Assembly (NCBI GenBank): GCA_025201805.1
Contig: MU619243.1
Coordinates: 141,236-205,235, forward strand
DNA length: 64,000 nt
Direction: 5' to 3'
Origin: Parasitella parasitica NRRL 2501
Lineage: Eukaryota > Fungi > Mucoromycota
A program made the translations under genes and the position numbers. Below the pieces are notes generated by a model, which did no database searches, was not told the DNA's origin, and saw only the letters and a list, made by a program, of their open reading frames with translations. Shown one piece after another: positions 1 to 12,069 of the stretch (positions are counted from its first letter, which is position 1; each line of letters starts with the position of its first letter).

Positions 1-12
1 ATATTAATACAG

Positions 13-1137
13 GAAATGTACAAGGCTTAATTTTTCCAAATAGAATTATTGTTACTGCAAATCATCAGGTTTATAATTGAAGTAGACTTCCTTCAAAATA
101 TAATTTACTCATTTCGCCTTCAGATTTATGCAGATTGGATTTATATTTGGTGTATTGCTTATCTTGCAAAGGCTCATGGCGCATTAAAGATTATTCTCAA
201 GTCAAGCTTAAAGAATCTGCCCGTGTATGGACAGTAAGTTTAGCCTTTTATAAATTACCATTATAATAATATTCATTAATGTAACGGCCTAGGGTAATGA
301 GGATAAAGACATCTAATCGATGTTTAATCAATACTAAATGGCTTTATGTTTAGGGCATGAGATTTTTTGATTTCATATTTTTAAAACGTAAATTAGACGT
401 GGATAAGGATAATATCATATCAAATCTAGAAAGATCAAAGAAAGGAAATCAATCACTATGGCTGGTTTTATTCCCTGAGGGAACTGGTACTTATTCCGAA
501 TTTGCTTTTTTTTATGTTTGTTTGTTAGATAACAAGCCTTTATGTTAGTTGTATCACCCTCTACTCGTAAGAGATCAAAAGAGTTTGCCGAATCAAATGA
601 TATGGTAAAATTTAGTATTTTTTTTTTTTTTTTTTTGAAGTCAAGGTACCGATAAACTGATATCCGATACAGCAAGATAACAGATACACATTATTGCCAA
701 GATCAGCCGGCTTGAGGCTCTGTGCCACTACTTTGGCTGACAGTATCGATTACATTTACGATTTCACTATTGGATATTCTGGAGTGGAAGCAGATGATAT
801 CCCTGAGCAAGTCTACACCATTCAAAGCATCTTCTTCTTTAACTTTTATCCCAAAAAGATACATATTTACGTACGTCGATTCAGAGTGGACTCAATCCCT
901 GTTGAAAGTGAAGTAGAGTTTAATCAATGGAACCTTGAACGATGGAAAGAAAAGGATGAGCTACTGGATCATTTTTATAAAAATCAAGTATTTTCGCACA
1001 CTTTATCCGATCGAATTATTAATGTGCCTATTAAATTGAACAGTTCTTGGCTGAATCTAGCTCAAATCTGGATCTTTATAGTGCCTTATCTTTTAATCTT
1101 GAAGAATATCTTTTTATTTAACAATACTTCTGCATAA
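13..1137 (+). CDS. PlsC-family lysophospholipid/lysocardiolipin acyltransferase (LCLAT1/CST26-like), 5'-partial. Exons 13-68, 124-233, 293 (1 nt), 354-486, 549-604, 673-1137
   Basis: The spliced translation gives ANHQIYADW (HxxxxD motif), LK.SLKNLPVYGQGMRFFDFIFLKR, LFPEGT, LLPRSAG, YDFTIGY, RW.EKD.LL and a C-terminal hydrophobic helix. All introns are GT-AG. Confidence 0.9.
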
Positions 1138-1829
1138 TGATTTATATCTAATAAATTCTCTATCCATATCGTAGTGAAAATTTAGAGATAGACTTCAATT
1201 TCCTAATCCGGATAACAAACAAATAGATATACAAACATATTTCGACACAATCTTTCTGATAAGCATAGTTCTTGTGTATAGCACAACATCTAGATATGCT
1301 TGGCAAAACAATTGTTATTTTTTCAAGAGACAGTGTGCTGAATCAATATGATGCTAATTCAGATGAATGGTTGCCATGGTGAAAATTCGATTGTACAGGT
1401 TTCAACCGCTTTGGGATTTTGGATCCAAGGAAACAATAATTTCCTAATCCGTTTGAAAAACAAAATGATACAATGATAAAAGATAAATAGACATAATAAC
1501 AACAAAGATTAGAAAAAAGGGTACTAAGAAGCCTTCCAATGAAATAATGATACAGATTTGCTACCAATATCAAGATGAAATATGGCTCATCTGGGCACGC
1601 CATAGATAAACGCAATGAGTAACCAATCAAAACTATCTCGAGTGATTGGGAGAAAAAGTCGCCTCATCGCTTGTTAATATGATTTGCGCATTTGTATAAA
1701 AGGAACTGAGTTTGACATGTTCTCTATATTTCTGTTATATTTGACCATCATCTGTCAATCTCAGTCTTCTTTCTTACACCACCCCTTTGTCTCTTACATT
1801 CTATCCCCTAATACATTTTTTTGTTGTCA

Positions 1830-3461
1830 ATGTCAATCCAGCCAAGAGTCCCTATACCTCAAGGAGGAGCATCACTCATGCTCGCCTTCCAAAGCAAGCA
1901 GAAAAATATCATTGTTGTAGGTGACAGCACTGTTGCTGCCAGCCGAGTTTTGTCATGTCTCGAAGCAGATGCTATTGTCTATCTGGTCGCAAGCAGTGAT
2001 TACATGTGCTCAGAACTAAAGTACAGAGTAGATCACCAGCAAGTTATTTTGCTCGGTCATGAATTCGAGTCTAGCATGTTGAAAAATCACTGCTTTGATT
2101 TGGGTTTCATCTGCAACATACCGTCCGAAACATCACCGGAAGCCATTGTGCGCCAGTTCCGTCAACATCGCATCCCCGTTAACATAACTGATCATAGCGA
2201 CCTCTGTGATTTCTTTATGACCTCAAATTACCGAGATCAGTCTCTTCAAATTGCCGTTTCGACAAATGGACAGGCATCGAAATTATCCAGCCGGATCCGT
2301 CGTCATATTGCATCAAACCTGCCTGCAAAGCTGGGAGACGCTATCAACCGAGTGGGCGTATTACGCAAAAAGATCCGTGCTTCGGATCCCAGTTCTGCTG
2401 CGAGCATTCGACGTATGAAATGGGCGGCGCAGATTTGTGAATATTGGAGTATGGAACGTCTAGCGCAGCTGTCAGACAAGGATATGGAAGACTTATTAGA
2501 TGCATACCACAATGATGAAGGCTACGAGAGTCTAGATGCCCACTCGCCAGTTGCTACGTCTGATAAATTTGGCTTGGTAAAGCCTTCGGTTCCTACTGGG
2601 AGTATTGCGTTGGTTGGATCTGGTACTGGCGACCCTGAGTTATTAACAATGGCAGCTCACAAAGCCATCAAAGAGGCGGATCTCGTCCTCGCTGACAAAA
2701 TTGTACCTGCAGAAGTTATTGCATTAGTCACATGCGATCTGAAAATTGCTCGCAAATTCCCTGGAAATGCTGAAGCAGCTCAGCAAGAATTCAACGAAAT
2801 GGCACTCAAGGCCATCAGACAAGGCAAAAGAGTTGTTCGCCTTAAGCAAGGCGACCCTTACTTGTTTGGTCGTGGCGGTGAGGAGGTCTTGTTTTTCCGC
2901 AAACACAATATTGTTCCTCGTGTCATCCCTGGTATTTCGTCCACAGTTGCCGCGGGTTTGCTAGCCGGTATCCCTCTAACACATCGCTCTGTCGCTTCCC
3001 AGTTCTTGGTTACTACTGGCACTGGCGCTCGTAACTCTTCTGCTCCTTTACCGACATTTGATAAAAATCGTACCGACGTATTCTTGATGGCTATTCACCG
3101 TTTGGAAGCATTGACAAAAGACCTCGTGACAAACCAACAATACCCAGCAGACATCCCATGCGCTATTGTAGAAAGAGCTAGTTGCAAAGATCAGCGTGTG
3201 GTGTGGGGAAAGCTTTCCAACATTGTTCAGGTTCTAGAGAGTTGTGGTGGCAGTCGTCCTCCGGGATTACTGATCATCGGATATGCTATCAATGTCTTGA
3301 AGCATGAAAATAAGGGCCCGGAAGGTGTTGCTGCCAACCTGATGACCGCCTCGGGGCTGGCTTCTGATGTCGTCTATGGTCAAGAAATGGCTAGTGAAGA
3401 TATCATTGAGGGGAAGAATGCCAATCTTTTAGGCTTGCATGATCCAGAAAGTGTATTTTAA
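1830..3461 (+). CDS. MET1: Uroporphyrinogen-III C-methyltransferase / siroheme synthase (CysG-like two-domain protein), intronless
   Basis: The N-terminal half resembles CysG-B (IIVVGD..VA, PVNITD..DLCDF, LQIAVSTNG). The C-terminal half is a tetrapyrrole methylase (LVGSGTGDPELLT, VVRLKQGDPYLFGRGGEE, VIPGISS). First ATG is at 1830. Confidence 0.9.
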   Translation: MSIQPRVPIPQGGASLMLAFQSKQKNIIVVGDSTVAASRVLSCLEADAIVYLVASSDYMCSELKYRVDHQQVILLGHEFESSMLKNHCFDLGFICNIPSETSPEAIVRQFRQHRIPVNITDHSDLCDFFMTSNYRDQSLQIAVSTNGQASKLSSRIRRHIASNLPAKLGDAINRVGVLRKKIRASDPSSAASIRRMKWAAQICEYWSMERLAQLSDKDMEDLLDAYHNDEGYESLDAHSPVATSDKFGLVKPSVPTGSIALVGSGTGDPELLTMAAHKAIKEADLVLADKIVPAEVIALVTCDLKIARKFPGNAEAAQQEFNEMALKAIRQGKRVVRLKQGDPYLFGRGGEEVLFFRKHNIVPRVIPGISSTVAAGLLAGIPLTHRSVASQFLVTTGTGARNSSAPLPTFDKNRTDVFLMAIHRLEALTKDLVTNQQYPADIPCAIVERASCKDQRVVWGKLSNIVQVLESCGGSRPPGLLIIGYAINVLKHENKGPEGVAANLMTASGLASDVVYGQEMASEDIIEGKNANLLGLHDPESVF

Positions 3462-3970
3462 ATCCACTATGCAGCTTGAACCTTGATTTGTTTCTAAATA
3501 TACCACTGTTTCTATTATTTTGTCTATTCCACACTCTTTACTACTGTTTAATAATAAATACATTTGCCTTTGCAATAAGCAAAGCTTTTTACTGTCAGTA
3601 ATGAATCATATACACACACCACCTCTGCTAAAATGCCTCGATAGCATCACATTTCGAGTTGGGGATTAATCTATTTTCGATACAAATTATGCAGCAGGAC
3701 ACTATTTACTAGAATATTTTGAATTCAATGCAGACTTGCTTTCCCAATGATGGTTATTGTTGGTGCCTTGAGCTATGCTTCACTAGTAATAACCGCTAAT
3801 TAGGGTGTTTCTAACTATTCTTAGTAGATGAGCTAGTCTAAATATCTTGACATTGGCAACCGATTTCGAAAGCTTCAAGTAGCTATGCTACTAATGATTG
3901 TGCTTTCAATCCATGGATAAATCAAGCATCCATTTGCGTCGTGGCTTATACACAAGATGTCACATTGCAG

Positions 3971-4029
<59 letters not shown>
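3971..4029 (+). repeat. 59-nt poly(dA) tract upstream of CTP synthase
   Basis: Uninterrupted A run ending 80 bp before the ATG at 4110. Its length may be unreliable. Confidence 0.9.
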
Positions 4030-4032
<3 letters not shown>

Positions 4033-4109
4033 CAAAAGCTGAAACGCTGTCAAATTCTACTTGGATTCTCTTTTTACATCAAATTTTCTTGAAAAAATTA
4101 ACGGATAAA

Positions 4110-5876
<1,767 letters not shown>

Positions 5877-6103
5877 ATATAATATTTTAGAGATAACCAC
5901 CTTAATTCAATCAAAATCCCTTTTTCCAAACAATCATTTATTAGATTTTTTTTATTTTTTCTTCTTCTTGTTTAGACATTTCCTATCCTTTAACCATTTG
6001 TTTTTTTCCTTTTTTTTCTTTTTTGTTTTTCGTTATAAAAAAACAAAAAAAAAACAAAAAAGTCGCTTTATTCTGGCGTTCGAAATAAACTGCATGTATA
6101 TTT

Positions 6104-7812
6104 TTACAATTCATCCTCCATCGCTTCATCGCTCGGTATAATTGAAGGGCCAACAAAACTCAATGCTAGCTCGACATCCTCTTGGTTAATCTCTGACAGC
6201 TGCTTCTTTAGCGATAAAAGACCAGCTTTGCGAATGACAGCCTGAAGATCTGCGCCAGTATAACCTTCCGTTTTCGAAGCAATCGCCTGCAAATCGACAT
6301 GCGCATCGAGCTTTGTTTTTTGTGCCAGCACTTGCAGAATTTGGAAGCGCTCCTCCATATTGGGCGCTCCAACATAAACAAGCCGATCAAGCCTTCCTGG
6401 CCGTAGGATTGAGCTGTCAATGGATTGTGGATGGTTCGTTGCGCCTAGCAAAATCACGCTCTGATCAATCTTGTCTAGATGGTCGATCTCAATTAGGAAT
6501 TGAGAAATAAGCTACGCAAGAAGGAGTTTTTTTTTTATAAATATATATAAATGTGTGTATTTGTGTGATCATCATCCAGAAAGCCAGAAAACTTACTTTT
6601 CTGCCAACATCTCCAGAACTTTCACGGGAGGAGAATATCGCTTCCAATTCATCTAAAAAGATGACACACGGACTACATCGAATGGCTGTCTGGAATATCC
6701 TTGAAACTGCCTTTTCTGATTCTCCCACTTCGCCTTTGACCAAGTCGGGTATACTCACTGGCAGAAAATTGGCTGACGATTCTGTAGCTACTGCCTTTGC
6801 CAGGAGAGTCTTGCCTGTACCGGGAGGCCCGAACAATAAAACACCCTTGGACGGCCGAATACCTAATCGTTTATAGGCATCAGCGTGTTTGTATACCCAC
6901 ACAGCCGACTCTTCCAGCGCATTTTTAGCTGCCACTAGGCCGCCAATGTCACGCCAATACACTGGATCCGGCTTTTCTGCCATTGCAGAGTTCTGAAATC
7001 CGCTGACTCTAATCTGGTCAAATGTCTTGTCGAAATTACCAAGTTGCACTAGAGTTGTATTAGTAAAAAGTTCTGCCAAATGCTGCTCTTCTGATGCCGT
7101 ACCCCTTGACTGCTTGTTCATGATCGCATCCTCTTCAGCCAGTACAGCCCATCGAGAAAGATCAGCCGCTACAAATGCGTGGGCTTTGAAAGACAGTTGT
7201 TCTATATCGTATTGGGTTACGTCTGTGTTTGACGGGGAAAACGATTCATATATATGGCGCATTATATGTTTTCTCTCGACAGGCGTAGGTATCTGCAAGT
7301 TCACTTTGTCGTGGAACATGGTCCGAACACCCAGTGCAATGTGATCGGGGCGTCGTGTAGTAGCCACCAGCATGATTGCGCTTTGCTGAATTAAAGACTG
7401 CAAAATAGCTGCTAAAGTCGGATCTTGTGTGCTCTGGCCACGGCGAGGAAAGAACAAGTCCAAGTCTTCTATCAGCAACAAGCTCTTGGTGGATGCCGAG
7501 GCTTTCCAAACCAATCGCTTGAACCCTTTGCTTAGCTGACCACGATGGCTGGCTGCTAACTCGCCGATGAGGGCCGTGTAGACGGTTGCATTATGAGTAT
7601 CAGCCAGGTGTCGTATGATGAAAGATTTGCCGGTGCCTGAGTCTCCTGCAAGCAGAATTACCGAAGGAGAGCTACCTTGCTCAAATGTCAATTGAAATGC
7701 TTGGCTCAACCTACAGGCGATATGGCGCGCAGAGTTAGAAACAACGGTGCACAGCAAGCCTGTACAATTACCTAGCCCCTTCTTCCCCGTAGCACAGTGA
7801 CGGGTACGACAT
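6104..7812 (-). CDS. Double-AAA ATPase of the CDC48/AFG2 (SPATA5/SPATA5L1-like) group without an N-domain; three introns
   Basis: D1 has Walker A GDSGTGKS and a degenerate Walker B LLIEDLD. D2 has [26 protein letters not shown] and ATN.P..IDSSILRPGRLD. The ATG at 7812 splices (AG|gtaatt...tgtag) into RLSQAFQ. Confidence 0.8.
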
Positions 7813-7996
7813 GGTTGTTATGTGAAAAAAGGAATGAGAAGCGTGAGCAAAAATTTTCAACTACAACAATGGATTAAAATGACACGGCTGTCATTCAAAG
7901 GCCCTGAATTGGGGGTGGTGGTGCTGCTTTTTTTTTTTTTCGCTCTACTACCGTACACAATCTCCAAGCTTAGAAAGCCAAGCATTGCTGCACATT

Positions 7997-9267
7997 ATGG
8001 ACCTCCATAGCTTGTTGAATAGCCAAAAGGACACCAAGCTTTCGCTTTCTGACCTGCACAAGTTGCTTGAAAAACGAGACAGTGGAGCCATTTTCGAAAA
8101 GATCCAAAACAGCACCGCGTACGACTTTCCTGCAAACAGAGCCGACACCTTTGCGTTCTTTGATACGTTCATCCAAGTTATCCTCTCGATTGTCCATGAC
8201 GACGACCCTTACAGCGCACAGCTATCAAAGTCTCTTGTTATTGATTCGCTTCGAAGCTGCATCAATGGCTTACTGCGACAAAATGGCATTGAATGGCTGA
8301 TGGAATTCCCAAACTTCTTTTCCACCAAGACCTGGGTAGTTTTGCGCGCCAACATCACGATCCTCGTGTACCTGTATGGACTTGTGCTGGCTATATGGAA
8401 CAAACCTGAGATCGCCAGACGTCGCGATGACTGGTTGCGGGGCATTTTGCAGTTTGTGCACTCCAATTCAGCCATTGTCATGCTGCATTTGTGGTTGAAT
8501 TGCTGCTGCGTGCTTGGTGACGATGCAAGCAACACGTCTGGAGGCTCTACTACAGCCGAGGAATTATACTTGGACAAGCTGGAGTCGGCCTACAGCAGTA
8601 AAAAGCTATCGAGCGAGGCGATACGGACAATGTTTCTAATGCTTCCTGAACTCCAAGTCGATATTTTGGCAGAGCAGGTCAACCACCAATTGGGCGGTGC
8701 ATTAACAAGACCGCCATTCACAAAAGACGAGTTTATAGTAGGGAAAATAAGCCTGGACAATGCTTGCCAAGCTAGGTCGAATCGGTATACATCCATCCGT
8801 AAAATATACCAGCAGAGCCAAGTAAAAGCAGGTAACGTAACCAGGCACTCTTTTCGAGTGTCATCATTGCTGATCCCCAAGTGTGTGTAGCCCCTGAGGA
8901 TGTAAAAGCCAACAACGCACCAAATCCGCTGTTAAGTAGAGACCTACTCACCAATACACCTTCGGATAAATACATACAAACAGAGTCGATCAGAAAAGCC
9001 ACCCTATTCTGGATTCAGAGAATGAGCTCACTGAATCCCCACGAGTTTGATTTACACCTAAAGAGTGCCATTCAATCGCATTACCCTACCGATAGGAAAA
9101 CGATCCTCGACTTGGTACTAGCTGATTGGACTGCAAGAGACAGATTTCATAGACATTTAGGATTTGTTATTGACGTTGTGCTGGCACAATTACAAAAATC
9201 TCGGTACAATCGACGAACATCGCCTTACTACGCATTTGTGCAACTATTCAACATACCAGACGACCAT

Positions 9268-9301
<34 letters not shown>

Positions 9302-11070
9302 AGCAGCAACAGCAACAGCAACCCTCAGATATCACCTTAAATGACAATAGCTCTTCCTCGTATCAAACAAAATCAGGCGCTTATATTGATCTCTCTCAAT
9401 TCAGCAATTGTTCAGATGTTGTTTTGATGGATGGCTGTTGTGCGATATTAGAAAAGCTGACGCTGAGCGGAAACAGCAGCAATGTTGAAGATTGGGTGAT
9501 AGACTGCTTGCAGTCAGCCAGCTCTGACATTATAAAACGATACGCAGAGTTCCTGGCGCAGGGATTAGAAAAGGAATTGGTCACAAAACAACAGCCATTG
9601 AGATATGCTCAGTTTATGAAAGTATTGCTGAAAACTTGCGTATCGCAATCTGCTCATATTGTGCCTACATTACTGCAAACGTTCTCAGATAACGGCCTTG
9701 AATGGCTATTAAAGCGAAACACACAAGTAGCTACTATATTACTGCACTACTTTGACGATGGTCCCCAAGTGTCAAAGGACATTGTCGTGCGCATGATATT
9801 CACATCCAAAAGTAAAATCTACGTGGATCAATTACTGTCCTACTTGAGACAACAAATGGCAGGCACGGATCCCAAACAGCTAAGGTCGAGAGCCTGGTTT
9901 AAGCACCATTTTTTGAGCAATCTGCTGTCACTGGTAGGTGAAGACAAAAAGGGCAAAAGTGTGGCGTCTGGAGTGTTCAGACAATTGCTCAAAACACGTA
10001 GTGATTTCGAATGGTACTTTGCAACCCCGTTGGTGCCTGCACAGCAGATAACATTCAAGTCATTGGATTTATGCAACACGCACGACATCTACGCTATTAA
10101 AAACACTGGGCTGGCAGCCATGTTGCAAGAGATGGTGCGTCTTGGGGACAACGCTAAAAAGGAGCGACTCATTCAAGTCTGGTTTGATCTGTGGACAGTA
10201 CCCAAAGCCAACAACGACTACAAATTTACAGTCCCAGTGAGTTGGATTATACAATGTGCAGGGCTTTACGATCAGGCGCCAGTGCTGGTAAAGCAAATGA
10301 TCAAAAAGCTCTTGCAGAGCGGTATTCGGCAGCATGTATCGGAGGACCAAGAGCAAGACATGATGCAGATGACGGCAGAAAGAAGGTTTTTAGAGCGAGT
10401 GATGGATTTGATCTTGCTGTCAGACGCGCCCGAGCCAGACAGCTTATTTGAATTGGTGTTGAATGTATACTACAATGAAGAAGGTAGCCGCACGTTTGAG
10501 GATATCAACTGGACGATCATCAACATTTTGATCGAACTTTCCGAGGAACTAGAAGTAGAGATGCTGGTATTAGCATCAGCGAGCAATCTGCCTCCGCCGC
10601 GGCCAAATCCCAAGAAAATCTACAAGAAACGCAGCAAAAGATTCAGCAAAAAGCACCAAATGAGCCGTTTAAAGCTGGGGGCTACGATGAAAAAGCACGA
10701 GGAGGAACTGGAAAAGTACTTTCAGGAAATCAGCGACAACACGTCCAAGATCAACAATGCAATCAGAGCACTGACTACACTTGTGCAACGGGTATTCAAC
10801 TTTCTTATGCGGCTACTGAACGATACCTCGTCTACGGCTTTTGTCGATTCCAGTAACAAGTGTCTTTCAATCAAACAAGACATTCAACAAGACCTAGTGG
10901 ACATTGCGTTGTTTTATGACCCTTTAGCAAAGTTAGATAAACTCATAAGTGAGCCAGAGGATTTGCATGAAGATATACAAACGGTGATAGAATTAAGCGT
11001 TGAATGTTTGAAGAAAAAGGCAGATCAATCATTGTATGAAGCATCGCAAAAGATATTGCTTGATACTTGA
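7997..11070 (+). CDS. Uncharacterised ~1004-aa helical protein with polyQ and a basic NLS-like segment; intron 8832-8890
   Basis: The 301-aa and 729-aa ORFs are joined in frame by a 59-nt GT-AG intron (G|gtaacg...gtgtag|CC). No family motif recognised. Confidence 0.75.
9268..9321 (+). repeat. CAG/CAA trinucleotide repeat encoding polyQ
   Basis: Visible (CAG)n/(CAA) run inside the CDS. Confidence 0.9.
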
Positions 11071-11786
11071 AACAAAGACACTGTTGCGTTATGTATGATC
11101 AATATAATCGAATGTCTAGTAGAATGATGCTCAAAGTTTGCATATTACAAACAAGTAAGAATTTGAAGACACAGACCTCGACTTGTAAAAATACATAAGA
11201 TCTGCAATCATTCTTTATACATTAGTCAATAACTAAGAAGGGACGTCTTTGCAGAGCAAACACAACCGATAAGTATATAAAGAGATGTTTTATTCATCTA
11301 ATAAGAACCACCTAATTTTTATAAAGTCCTGTCGTAATTTACCGAGTCTTTTATTTTAATTTCGAGATAAAACAGATACACGATGGCAACCAACAACGGA
11401 TAATCGACATCACAAAATGCAAAGTGGCATTCCCTGGTAGCAATACAATGACCAATATAGCATGTTCTTGTCTTCCAAAATCATCTAGGCCTAATCTTAA
11501 TTATAATGGCATGAACCCTAGATTGAGTCATCCAACTACAGATAGGATTTGGGTAAAAAGAGGGTATTAGAAAAGGGGGCACCTTTTGGATTATAGATAT
11601 TTAGTACTACCGATTAACAGTTGGAGGGACACATAATAGTAGTCTTGGAACATCGCAACGAAGACATTATATTAGTACTACTTGATGTCATACATTACAC
11701 CCAACTAAATTAACACAGTATCATAACTTGCAGTATCACTTCCCTTGTCCTCCTAAAAATATATTTTCTTTACAATTTCACTATTA

Positions 11787-11827
<41 letters not shown>

Positions 11828-12069
11828 GAAACAAATCTATCTTTGAGACGCAATTTCCAACTGGGATTTCAACTTTAATGAAGAACTTCAAACATTTGAC
11901 CGGTCGAGCATTGATATAGGGTGGGCGTTATTCAAAAGTAATTACTATCACAAATATAATGAACAATGTAATATAAATATATATTGAGAAATGATAAAAA
12001 ATGAGTTAACAAATATAAACGGAAATAGTTTTTTCTTGGTTATTTTTTTTTTTTTTTTTTTTGGTTTTT

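Noticed and set aside
3898-4109. Poly-lysine ORFs / N-terminal extension of CTP synthase
   Set aside because: Artefact of the poly(A) tract. Family homology begins at the ATG at 4110.
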